DNA of 64,000 nucleotides. It comes from Balanoglossus misakiensis. Lineage: Eukaryota > Animalia > Hemichordata. The notes beneath the pieces were generated by a model. The model saw nothing but the letters and a program-made list of their open reading frames with translations, was not told the origin of the DNA and did no database searches. The DNA lies in contig CM082593.2 of NCBI GenBank assembly GCA_040954595.2, forward strand, positions 5,101,434 to 5,165,433, given 5' to 3'. The position numbers and the translations under genes are program-made. How positions within the stretch are numbered: the first letter of the stretch is position 1; every line of letters starts with the position of its first letter. Of this stretch, positions 26,001 through 39,126 are shown piece by piece.

Positions 26001-29000
26001 AGACCTGTTAAGGCCAATGGCAGAGATGGTTTGATTTTGGTCGTTCTCTGTGTAAAAGTCTGTGAGATACTCGATGACAATTTGTCTATCTTGCCGGATC
26101 TGGCGTGATGATCTATCACTGGTCACGATAACAGGTGATACATCCTTAGGGCGAGCGAGGTTTCTAATTTACCCCCAATGCAATTACAACTAAGTCTATC
26201 TGTAAATAAATAATCGTTGGTGGACCTGTCGTTGTCTTTAAAAAATCTCACGTTGGAATTGATTTTTAATTTTGAAGAATTCTCAGACAATGCACCTGAC
26301 AGTACACCGTGCATTGATTGGTAGCTGTATTGTCTTGAACGATGCCCAGGAATGACGTAATGGTACAGTGTCCGCAGACAGTTTCACTTTTCCCAGAGCG
26401 GCTGTAAATTTCCTCTGTAGCAGGAAATCGATTGCGTTGAATCCAAAGGCTGGTCCAACCTCTGTGGAGATTGATTTATGGTCTTCCTGTGGCGATGCAG
26501 GTGATTCCCGAAGTGTTAAATAATAGAACGTCGCAGTAGTATCCTAAATAAATGTTATATTGGTCCTGTTGTATAAAGGCGAATGTGGGCTTATAGGTAT
26601 GTCACTGCATTTATTAGGCTATATGGGAGTTCATGAAATCTAGAAAGAAAGAGAGATTTTGCAGTAAGTTGGAAGATTGCGAGGGACAGATATGTATAGA
26701 CAGGGGGACATACCGTGCATACAAATAGAGGGATTCTTCAGAGCGATTTATTTTTCTCACGGTCAAATATATGAATATTGTTCGTGCACTTGGCCGAATA
26801 ATGGAAACGTTGCGAACGGACATTGTTTAAAATGTCAATCATTATGCCCAGTTGTATTATTAATTGAAGTCTTTGTTTGCACGAAGCAGAAACATCAAAC
26901 AGGAGGGTCGGGAAAAATGACAGCTAGGGATATAAAGAAAATTGCGCACAATTAATGTTTGAGGCTAACATAATGCTTCTTCAATCAGATTTGGGTTTGT
27001 ATACACCAAAAGAGTGTCACCATATGAACAGTTGTATAACTTTCAATAATAAGAGTTGTCTCATAAATTAGTCGATTGTGTCAGAAAGAAAGACAAAACA
27101 AACGAGTTGAAACAAGAGTTGACAAAACAATAAACATGGCACCAGCAACAATGATGAATTTTCCCTATCATGTAAAACTCAGGAACTGCTTCTAATGTAC
27201 TAACATTGGCAGTCTTACCAGTTAATTCCCTTGAGTGGACCGGTCGACGCCCCAAGCAAGAGACAAAAAGTCAACATAGTGGAGTAATTTGCAAACACCA
27301 GATTTGTACTTTCGCTTACCAGTGTAAACACCGCTATTGGCTCCGGCCACTTGAAAATGATTGTGGTCGACGTAATTTGGCGAGGGAAATGCGAATCAAC
27401 GTTCGGTTTGCCCTCTGGGCCACAAGCAGTAACACACAATCCCCCAGTAGGTGCTTCTAATGTAATTTGTTATGGCAGAAGTCAGTTTTAACAAAAAACT
27501 GCAAGACACAACAAACAGGGAACATAAAGAGGCGTTCATTCGGCGAGGGAATTAACATTTTCACGGTGTCGTTGTTTGAGCTTCTTAGGGATCTAAGACT
27601 GGGGCACGATGGGTACTTGAAAAGACTGGACAGAAACAATGAAAGACTACTTTTCCTTTTCCAAATGTACCAAATTCATGTTTTTATCCCCCACTTGCTT
27701 CAAAAGCTATTCGCAATTTGAATGCAGCCCGGATAATTTGCTGGCATTTTCCCGCGCGAAACAATTGACCACAATTAGGGCTTAACAGAGACGAGAAAAA
27801 ACAGCCATGTTTAAACGAGGATGGGTTGCAATTTGCGGGTACCTGTGAAAAATTACATGTGGTGAAAGGTGGAACGCTATGGTATTGTGAATCACGCAAT
27901 TGTTGCGTGTCCATCACGCGTGTCAAACAGAGAACTCGCGAGAGAATGCGTGCTTCAGCCAACCTGTGAAAATATTAACTCTTTTCAGAGGTACATATTA
28001 TTACACGTGTTGGACAACGCTGGGTACACGTCTTAAAACAAGGACCGGAATTTCTCTGTGTGTCGCTGTGAGGCACTTAGCCAGGAATTTGTTGTTAACA
28101 AGTGTCCTCTTTGTACTTCTTGAAAGACGTTTTTTGTAACAGTGAATGTTTGTCAATGCACATATTGTCGACTTTTTCGGTAAAGAACGCCGTCTTTGGT
28201 TCTTTCTGGAGTATCGGGAGCGATTTTATTTCATACTTGTTCATCTGTCGATGAGATCTACTCGGAAAGTGTTTATCTTGTGTGTTTTTTCGGTACTGGT
28301 TGGCGAGTCAACACGGTATAGAGCATTTGAATGGTATTTATTCAGCGCGTGGTACGCTATGGAGTGCTTGTCTGCAACCTTCATTAGAGTTCAAGTAGAT
28401 ACGGACGTTGCAACTGTATAGGTTGGCATCTGTGGTATTTTGGCCGTGGAGATGTAGGGAATTTTCCGGGAGTCTGTCTTCGGCTTGTTGTAATAACAGG
28501 AGAACCTGCAACAAATCATCATGGCGTATGATTATTCACAGAAGCAAGATGATAATTATCTAGGATTATGGGATCGAAATTTCGATTTGTTTACACGAGA
28601 GACATTATTGCTATTGTAAATATGGACGATGTTTTGCAACAATACATTACTTTGATCTTGTATAGGCCTATCTATGGCGAGACTAGAGTTTTGCAGGCAC
28701 AATCATCAACATTGTCGAAGTTATAGCATAGTATGCTCACCACTTCCATAGAAACAAGTCGACAGAATTCCACCGTCGCTAATGATGCTGCGGTATTCTG
28801 ATCATACCGTGGCAGCTCATTAAAGGAGGCTTTACTTTAATTCAGCTTGCTCCAAACAAAGACGCCCCTTTCTATTTCTGCCTATACTAGCGGACTTAAT
28901 CTAAATTCTTCAGCAGTACCAATCTATAGACAATGCTAATTAACGAATCGCATGTGATGACTACACAATGCACTCAGGACTTTTTTCAGTCTGTGGGAAA

Positions 29001-32000
29001 TGTTTAGTTCTTTAGAGTTTATTTGTGTCAAGAACAAAGGTGTGTATAGTCTTATGGTTTATACCAGTTTATAAACGGGATTTTCTTTACTTGTTTCTCT
29101 GAGCTGAGAAATCAACCTGGATTGGCTTAAATCTTCAGATAGCCCTAAAGTCTCCCATAACTGCGTTCTGCAGGTATACTAGTACATATGTATAACAATG
29201 ACGGTTTTTGATGATATTATGTGGCTTTGAAATCGAACTTAATAGAGAACTGATTCGTCGGTGATGAAGTTCTTGAATCTCATTTACTATATGCTTGATG
29301 GGCGACAGGGAAAGACCTTGACCAAAAATGGCCACCCTTGCCCCTGATAATGAACCCGACCAAAAAGCCTGTAATTAAACGCAAAGAGGAATCGATGATA
29401 ACATACCATGTGAAACCCGCGGACTAACAAATCAATGCGAACCGCGACGTCGATCAATAAGTTCGTACCCCATGACAGTTATGTCGATGGAGACTAAAAT
29501 TAGAGGGGCAATATTTACAATGAGGGACGGTGGTGATTAATTATGTAAGAGGGTTCCCGGCGAGAAGGAGCCGCGGCGAAAAGACCCCCCTATCGACGGT
29601 AACGTTCTTAAATTATGCAAGAGCGGCAAGACTCGTTTAATTCAGCCTTTCAGAAGTCATTCACGTTTGGATGAAAATACATAAAAAGGTCCCAAATGCA
29701 ATTTCACATTAAAGCCCCGCGAAGTAGAAATGATGGACGTGGAATTGTCTCTCTGTTGTCTTCGTCAGTTTCGGCCAATCAATGGTGCGGATACATCGGT
29801 GGGCGGCTAAGGGTAGAACAAAAACCCAATAAACGCCACTGTAGTTGGCTAATTTTGATGACGAAGTACCCAACGAGTAAAGCACAGAATGACCACTCGT
29901 AAAAGAAGAAACAAAAGACTGCATCGTTAATTCACTGATAGATAAAACGATTTTTTTACTGATACTGTACGAACGCTTTCATACACTGCTCAGCAATCGT
30001 GATGTGGTGATTATTATTTGACAAAGGCCGGTAGTATATACAATCATTATACGTTTTAAAATTACAGGTTGCATTACACGCAGTATCTGCTAGTGTCCCG
30101 CGTTAAGACACATATTTTTTTTATTAATTTGAGGGTCTGTCGAAAACCATGTAAAGTTGACGGACGGACAGCCGAGGGATGGCGACAAACAGTTACCAAT
30201 TTGACATGGTTCGCCTCGTTGACAGCTGCGTTAACCTTTCTAGATAGAATTTGTTTCATCTCTCCCCTCAAAAACATTCCTTCTTAAGAGACTCTCTCTG
30301 CGGATTCCACGACACAATGTACCCACTGCGGCGAAAGGGACGCAATGATAATTGACCCTCGCAATTAATCCAAAAGTGGCATGCCTGAAATGATCGACCA
30401 CGCTGAACCAATCTCAATGTTGGGCAGGTAAATCTCCTAAGAGACACTCGAAACACTGTCTATGGCAACATTGGTGTGTTCCTTATCCTCTCGATACCGG
30501 ATTAGAGTCTTCGGACGCACAGAAAATCCCAAGAGTGTTCGCGCATGGATTTGAAAGATGGCCATGTACATGAATGAGGGACAGCAGTTTTGTGTGTCGC
30601 CCGTGATATTTGGACATAAGGCGGATTTGAACTTCTTTTAAAATTGTGTTCCTTTCGGCTCACACTTTGAGATTGTTGTTGGTAATTCATTAGTCGTGAA
30701 TAATTACCGACAGGTTGCGTTTTTATTGCTCCAGAATTAAGTCATTCGGTGCAAAATCCAGGTGTCAAAATTCAAAGTATCAGCGATTATGCCACTTTCG
30801 GTTATAGTTGCACGTAGCATGGTCATAAAACCTTTTATCAAGACAGCCGAATTTCTAACAAATGGCCTAAGGCAATTTACTGGGATTAGGCTCAAATCAG
30901 CGTCGATTGTCTTTTCTGGCTCCTTCTATGCGGGATTAGAGAGATTCTGGTTTAAAAATAGACCCAGAGTAGGACTTTGTTGGGTAACCCGGGCGTCATT
31001 CTTATTAACTCATCAATGTAGAATATTGTATCCGATTCAGGCCGCTGGCAGAGTTCCATATTAGTCAGCTGTGCGATTGAGACTGTTACCAAGTTGGTCT
31101 TGACGTCTGAAATGGGAGCGTGAAGCCTGGAATTTGAAGTGGGAATTATCACGCTTCGGCTGGCTCCAAGATGACTTTTTTTTCGCAACGTTCAGTTCTC
31201 AGGCGAGTGCCCCAACCTTAGAGACAAAGTCTCTGCCTCTATGGGTCTGTGTTTAGGGTCACTCAAGGTAAAAGGAATGTGTCATAGTTGTCAATGCTGT
31301 TCGCCAAGTCCCGTGGTGACATTGCATTTCACGCGCCGGTTCATCAGAAACATGGCGGCGAGAAGTAAAAGAAATTCGGCGCGATGTCTGTCAAGATTAA
31401 CGGCTCAAAGTGCGCCTGAATTTGTAGTCTGGCCAAATCTGTTAGTTTTGCAAGTCCCATTTCTTTTCAGCCCCCTATTAAAACTGAACTCGAACTAAAA
31501 GTAAACGCGTAGGACTCCGGGACAGGACAACTGCAACAAGTGGAGCAAATACCCTTATTCGTAGCACACAATCTGCCATTGTGTAGTCACATTGTGGTAT
31601 TCGCCATATGCAATAAACCACACAATGTTAGAACGATACAGGGTTGATAATAGCACAGTCCCTATAGGACTGTAATAATAGGTTGGTTTGAGTGACGTGC
31701 ACTAAGGGGGCCATCGACTCCGGCAAGTGGACAAAGTGCTTACGGCCACAGTCCAGCCACAATCGGGTCAGGCCGATGATGCAAACCAACATAATGTATT
31801 TCAAGTAATGTACTCGGGTACAGTAGCCCGCAAACAATAATCCATGCATCCCATCGTGTTGTCGCCATCAGGCTAAACAACTTTCCAAACCAACTCGGAC
31901 TTTTTTCCTCCAGGTTTTCATTCTTGACCACGCCGCCATCGCCCCCCCCCCCCCACGGACACTTAGAAACGTGCATGTTCCCCCCTCCAAATCCCTCGTA

Positions 32001-32087
32001 TTCCGGCCAATTCTATTTGAACTATGGGCGTTTCTCAGTTGAATTGGCCAACAGCCACTTTCACCGAGCTCTTTTCGTGTTTGCTTG

Positions 32088-32519
32088 CAGTTGTACATAT
32101 GTTGACTGACAAGCGGGATCGGTTTACAAGGTACATAATATTACAGTTATTTTTTCGCTGGCTACAGTATAGGCACAGGCACGCATGGCTGGCCGCGCCT
32201 CGCTCGGCGTGTACCGTTACCAAGACACGTGGGAAGTCTCTCTTTGCTCGCAAGCCGCCTCAAATAAACACCGATGGAAAGTCGAACGGTCAAGTTGAAT
32301 AACCATCCACGCCCAGTGAACGCATGTGGCACCAACACGTTCACATGCAACAAGTGTGACGCAGAATTCATCTGCATACTGTGCCAAATGACAGGTGACA
32401 GCCTCGCCGGACACCACGGAAAGTAACTTGACCACGTGACAGAAATTCCAGTCACGACCACATGCACCTTGACTGGTCGTGTGTATCTTTTTGGCTGCAG
32501 CGACTGAACTGCGTGGGAA
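32088..32519. promoter_or_regulatory. Candidate enhancer: dense E-box cluster flanked by CSL/Su(H) sites
   Basis: Eight CANNTG in 32323-32464 plus three more at 32088, 32096 and 32226. CGTGGGAA at 32228 and 32512. Confidence 0.5.
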
Positions 32520-35500
32520 ATTCTTCGAATGGGACGACAATTCAGATTATTTTCCTATAGTTCGCGAAGATTACAATCCCCGCAAACTACTAGTACTTGC
32601 ACACATCAAAAAACTATTCGCAAAGAGGGTAAAAATTAACGGCATAGCCATTAGAAGGTGACGGGTTCACTTTATTTCTGTGCCAAGACTATTTTCTTTG
32701 AAATCACTGTCCCTCTGCACTGCACATACCTAGCAATTAAAACTTTCAGTCGCACAGAAATTTTAATACGATTAAATCCAAAACAATGCAGAAAGCGCGG
32801 AAGAAGATATGTGAGGCAACCTTACAGGAATCGACATGTTCTGCAGAGGAAATCACAGACGTAGACTCTCGCTTTATAGAGACAGTCTTTTTACAATCAG
32901 TGGTCGTATTGTGGCTGCCTGTCTCAGAATATGGCAACCGTCCCCTTTCGTGTTGAAACAGGAATCGAATACAGACGTCTTAAACGCGTCTATGTGGCGA
33001 AACATCAGCACGCGAGGACACCAATTACAAGAACTAGAAAAGGGTTAAGTTGCGCACTTCCATCTAAGCGTGAAGTTGAAGTCTTTGGTTGTGGAAACGC
33101 GATGCTTAGCTTCGCCACAACAGAACACAAAAGGCGAGAGCTGCCGGCGACAATCGTACTTCACAACGTGTGCATCGGTCTGTGTAAGAACGCTCAATGG
33201 GGGATTACCAGCCTGTATCCGCGATGCATGGGTAGAAACTCGACACACTCGAAGGGAAGTAAAATGAACAAAACGTGCCGTGGGAATGAAGAAAAAAACA
33301 AGGTTAAGTCTTTGGAATAACATTGGATTTGCCGGGTTTGAAATTCTCGCAAGGTAGTCCCTAAAGCGTTGTTTTGTATAGGGAGACAAGAACTTTGTAT
33401 ATAAAGGGATTTGTGGTTGAGATGAGTAAGGGGTAGAGGTCCCTCCGATGATGCGTTAAACACCACCACTATCCTTCAGCTAATACCCACTGGCTAACAT
33501 CTATCTCAGAGTCTTCAACTTTCTCCTTGCTTCACAGATTATTGACCCCTGTAGACGACAAATTTTGAAAAGCTTTGCCGAGTAGGTCCTAATAGTATAC
33601 GTATTAGTGGTTCCTTACACGAGGGATAATACAAACACAACCGTCTTTTCGCCTTTAGCACACGATCCCGCGCGCATTAAAAACACAACGGAGTGCCCCC
33701 AATACCTTCGGAAAATGCTTACAAACACAAAGATTTACGTCACAAGTCGCTGATCTTCCGTGACCAGTCATTGTCTACTGCCATCTTGAGACGTATATGT
33801 GTCCGCCTCCTGAAAGGTTGGTAAAGTAGAAGGAATCAGTCGACACATTGTTTTGTACCACGTGACCGGTGTTTGAACACAGTCCATCCGCAAAGGTATG
33901 CGTGGGCCGGACAGCCAGCTCATGTACCGTTGAAGATGGACAGGGCAGACTTATTTTCTCAAGGTCGCTGACCCCCATTGCGCAAACCCAAAACAACGCA
34001 GAATAACCCCCCTTGGAAGCGGGTTTCGTTTTAAGCTTTAAAGCACCCTTAAACTCATGCAATAGAAGACCTTGGCAAGTTGCTGTTTATAAGCCTTTCC
34101 AGATACAAGTAAATCACAGTGATGTGTTCTAGAGTCATGTAGCGGTCTCAGTGTACAAGAAGAATGTGTTGCATAGTTGTCGCAGCGCCCGCAAGGAAAC
34201 GTGACGGTCCAATGCTTGCTATGGCAACGTGGAAATCAGCCATCTTTTTCAATGTCCATCTGTGGGTCAGCTGAATTTTCAACGAATCACTAGAGCTACT
34301 AATTTAAAATATCCCCTCCTTGACCCCACAAGTTTCTGTCCTATAAGCAACGTATAAGTATCGGCTAAGATCGTAAAGTATTTATAATGCAGATGTGAGA
34401 GAACACCATCAAAAATTGAAAATCAATGGTTCTATTTTTACATGGTAAGAAATGCGAGGGGACCAGCAAAATGTTAGTAATAATTATCGAGTATTGTTTG
34501 CAAATACTGTATGATAATCTGAGTTACTTATAATTATGTTTTGTATATGAGAGAGAGTGAGATAGAGAAAGAGAGAGACAGATCAACTCTAAATTGGTAT
34601 GGTATAAAATGTAGCATTTGTTTCTCAGTAAACAGTGGTATACCGCACTGGCTTAAAAATTCTAGGAAACAATACATCGAATGTTCAAATAACAAATTTG
34701 ACAAGTTCATTCAATTGTTCATTGAATGTTGAACGCAACGAATGCATCGTAGACAATGGACTCCAAAGGAAATCGTCATGAATAATATATGATTTACCAT
34801 ATGGTGTGCCCGTGTTGATGGTGGTGTACACGCGTCTATTATATAGGGGCTGTATTGTATTGTAGTGTACCGTTCAACTGTCGCGGATATTAGTTCATAA
34901 AAAACGTTAACGAGTCTTGATGAGCGACGAAAGCTTACAATAAGTTCTTGACATCTCTGCTGAGAAGAAACGGACGAATAGAAATATACTACTGTACAGC
35001 ATCACATATGTGGTATGTAGGTAAAATAACGATTCTTTCAAATCCAGTTAAGCCAAGTCCAAAGTTTGGGTCGCATGATTGCCCGAAGCAACTCTTCTGT
35101 AATTGAAACATATCGCTGTTAGCGCATGTGTACATACCCAGGGGCTTACATTAATCGTTCCTTGCCATTAATCTAGTTTTTTGGCTGTGTTTGAATACGT
35201 TGTCAGTTACCCCGGCCCCTTCAAATCACCTCGCTCTCTGATTTTGATGTATATACACCATTGCTGTCCGGACTCATAGCATAATTTTGTTAATACTACA
35301 AGTACTTGAATGATGTGATAACACCAAAACAGTAATTGTAATTGTTTTACATTTATCAGAAATTTGTTGTTGTTTTTGCTTTTGTTATCGTTTGAGAATG
35401 TCAGTATAACTTTCATATGTATATATGGACTCACAAGTACGTGTACCTTATTATGGAGGGCTTGTCGATAATAACTTTCAGCACTACAATACACATTGTC

Positions 35501-37637
35501 TGCTCTTTCGAACACCATTTGTGTGGTTTGTGTCAGTGTCCGCCTTGAATACAATCACCTCGTCCTGAAAAAACTTTGCGTGACCAATACGCCCTCATAT
35601 CAGTAACACCTCTATGTCTATATTGTCTAGAATTCCTCCCTAAACTGAGCCACTTTTTAAAAAAACATACAAAGCGAGTCCTTTCTAAAGAAGAGGACAA
35701 ATGAGGTCTAAATCCAACTTAACGAAGAAGAATAAGTCCGGGGAATAACAAAAAACCAGGTCATATGCGCAAACTTGAGGTACATATTTATTTCAGAAAC
35801 TGGGTTCGTCGTTTGTGTTTGTGTTAGTACGAGAACATTCAGCAGAATTTTCTGTGGGTGGAACTCCCTTAATGAATGCGGCGCTTCCGACCGCGTCATC
35901 ACATAAGAGCGTTTTCCTTTTGCCAAGAGGATTAAAAATGACCTCGGCTGCGTATTTATCAATCGCCCTTAAATGAGCATCGGATGTGAGATTTTCTCAC
36001 TCGGGGATAGTCTGACATCGCCTCGCTCCCAGAACCTGTTGATCTACACATCCGCCATTTTGGTCCGCTTTGAGACTCTTGACTACACTCACAAACTACA
36101 GTGTTTAATTTAAAACGTCACTATTGCTTACAAATAAGTGGGATTTTTGAAACTTGAATCGCGGTTAACGTGTCCGAACTGAAATTTAATAATCCCGTGG
36201 CTGGTTGCAAAAGAAATGGCGACCCACTTGTATTTTGGCAACGGTATCGACAGCAAGTGCGCATGTTGTTTTTTTGGCCACCCCGGTTTACTTTCGACAT
36301 GGGACACTTTGGCGGATTGTTTTCTCGGGACAGGGATTACGGCTTATTATTTACACCGTGTTGTTTTATCAGTATTTGTACACCTTGGCAACCCATGAAC
36401 AATTCACGCAAATGTTTGTAGCCTGGAGAGGGGAGCTTTTGTTCTCTTGACCCCACGTGACCTTGTCAGCCAAGATATGTGGTTCCTTCTGAGATACACT
36501 TTTGATGTCGCGACCTTTGAACTGTGCGATTCTACTGCATGGTTGAGTATATACCTCGCTTACCTGTGTGGTATATATTTTAAAAGTTCTTCGTCGTTAT
36601 GTTTGTGAGTTTTTTTTCGAAATGGTATCGTGGGACAGTATTAATAAACACGACTGTACGTGGGCCTTAGAGACAATGCCAACATCTGCCTGTATATCTC
36701 GACACTAGTTTTCTACACCACGCCTGTACGTACAGCCTTGATTTCATGTGAATTATTGATGTTGCTTCGCGATCAATGGAGAAGTCTAGACTGTCCCGTT
36801 CGTATAAAAAAAACCCTGCCCCAATCCAGTTGAGGACTGCGGGCATGTATACACATAACTGTTCAGAAATTATCACTCAGTGGTTTGAAAATGAGATGTG
36901 GATAAGAAGGAAGCATGTCGGAACCTGACAAATGACTTTGTGTAACGATGGGGCAGTGAACAATTGGCTTAGACCATAAATCTCTCTAGGGTTTATGCTT
37001 AAGCCCCGCTGGAGAGTTTAGAGCATCCTGCTCTGAGATTCTTTAAACAGGCCGCATTTGCATTTCGATACCTACATCCACGATCACTTGTGGAGTGACC
37101 GTGCTACGTCGTGAAAGAATTATCCGTGTGTACCTCTGTGTTTTTGTCGACGCTGCAGTGCAAATCTTGGTGTGTGTTTTTATTCACAAACCTAAACAAT
37201 AGCAGCGAGTATAGCGGTTTAAAATTTATTTCTTATAGTTAAAAGACAAAGCCTATATTCTGCTCCGTTGGTTTTCCGTAAAAGCGGGGTGTCTGTGGTC
37301 TCGTATTTGACATAAATTCGATGAGTCGCGTCCTGGGGGTTGTATTGTTTGCCGACAACCTAGAGTCGATTTATTCCCGTCAAGAATTTTGACAGACACC
37401 CAAGACAAAGCCATTACGCAGAGTCTACAAGTTGTTGACATCTGTTTACATCTGTTGATTCAGATTAGTGTATAATCCGCTCCAGTCAATTTGTAGCAGT
37501 GCCGTCCCAATATACGCCATTATCTACAGTTACATTCCAAGTTATACATAGAAAACACAGCTTTATTCTATGCCAGTAATAGAATGTTCATTGGATATAG
37601 TCTAAATCGATTTTATAAGCTTATTAAAACTTTGCAG

Positions 37638-37770
37638 GTTTCTTGAAATCAAACTCTGAAAGGGCTTGGGTCAATATTGATATTGCTCTGTCGATCAATA
37701 GGGATTTTTAGGGAACAAGGAAAGCAAGGGAGACCGTTGGAGGTGTATGCTAATCATCCTAATCCGGAAA
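37638..37770 (+). other. Possible 5' UTR exon of the cadherin gene
   Basis: Acceptor tttgcag|G and donor AAA|GTGAGT bracket 133 nt. The first coding exon has its own acceptor (tttacag| at 39053), so upstream exons are expected. Confidence 0.3.
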
Positions 37771-39126
37771 GTGAGTGTGAAGATGTGACGATATAATGCA
37801 GCATGTTGGTATACTTGACTGGTCTTGTTCATGTTATAAATGCAATGCGTACAGTTGTATATATACATTGATATTGTTGTTAGGGAAGCAAGCCATTTCA
37901 GCTACATGTACTTCTTAAGTCTCTGCTTCCAGCAATGATTAATTGCATCCACATATATAAAGACCAGCGTTTTACAGTTATATACAAAGTCTGTACACTG
38001 AGATGCTACGACTCTGTGACCTGGTGGCGATCTAACTTCCAGCCAAGCTTTGCAGATGTCGCTGATATCGCGATAGCCTCACCGTAAAGTCTCCCCCGCG
38101 AGCACACCACTTTGTACCCGGGGAAGCACTCGTCATTACCCGCAGAAATCGGTGATCCCCGTGTAACTCGGTCCATGACACGACAAAACATGTTAATCTA
38201 CAAGTTGCGGCGAGTGAAAGACGCCTGATTAGACTGTGCAATCCTCAGGGAAATGGGAAATTATTCCCGGTAAATGATGAACAGATAAATCAATACACAC
38301 TACATGGTTTACCTTCAAAAGGGCCAGCGACCACACTTGTATCGAAAACATTATATAACCAAGGCAATACGCTTTATATAGGCCGAACCATGTTGAAAGA
38401 TACTTTTATTGCAAATAACAAAAGTCACTAACCACGACAATAAAAGAAACTATTCAGTGAGAATAAATATAACAATATCAGGTTTATCTTTTGTGCAAAA
38501 ATGAAAAATCAGTCGCAGTTTCATCGAAATATTTGTGAGGCATCTTCACCAATATAACTGGGTTTTTTTCGCGAGAATAAATGAAATAACGGCCAAGTCA
38601 GATAATGATGTCCCGATCCAGGCCTCCCAACTTTTTGAAAGAAAACCACTGTTTTGTCGTGACTTTTTGAATGTGAAAAAGGAGTAAAACGATCGAATTC
38701 CGCGTGTGCACGGGTCGTAAGTGTGTGTAAGTATGTTTGGAGGGGCGCATTTAAATCGAAAGTCGCAGCTAAATGAAAATGCTGTGAATTCACCCAAGTG
38801 TCCTTTGTAGCCGCGCGGCGCTCCATTGTCGAAAATCAAATAGTGACCTTCATACACCTCAGACCTGTACCAATGCATGCATATTGATGGGATTACCAAT
38901 CCAGAATGCTGAGAACACCCTCCTGCAGGCGAATACCTGCACGTAATCTGTGGAGACTAGTGCGTATAATAACATGTATACCTGGCGGTACGTCAACACA
39001 CCGCTGCTCACGAGCACACCGCCCTGACTTGGAAAACTTTCTGTCTATTTACAGCCAGGCACAAGTGAGAGAAGACGCGATGAGTCTCTCAGGAAATGAA
39101 AGGTCCTGATTATCAGAAGCCCTGCC

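Noticed and set aside
30146-30212. Inverted repeat aaccatgtaaagttg / caatttgacatggtt
   Set aside because: A 15-bp imperfect stem with a loop near 37 nt is not pre-miRNA-like and could be chance.
31352-31498. 48-aa small ORF MAARSKRNS... with a good start context
   Set aside because: No homology recognised and no exon support; AACATGGCGGC is equally a YY1 motif.
36045-36062. Minus-strand aaaATGGCGGAT as a start of LAMTOR3 (MAD)
   Set aside because: Weak donor, an in-frame stop follows, and no downstream LAMTOR3 exons were found. It is more likely a YY1 site.
22000-39000. A DDIT4/REDD1 or other coding gene, expected from vertebrate synteny
   Set aside because: No EPCG(L/V)RG-type motif was found by eye on either strand. 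The 60-144 aa ORFs listed here have no recognisable domains and look random.
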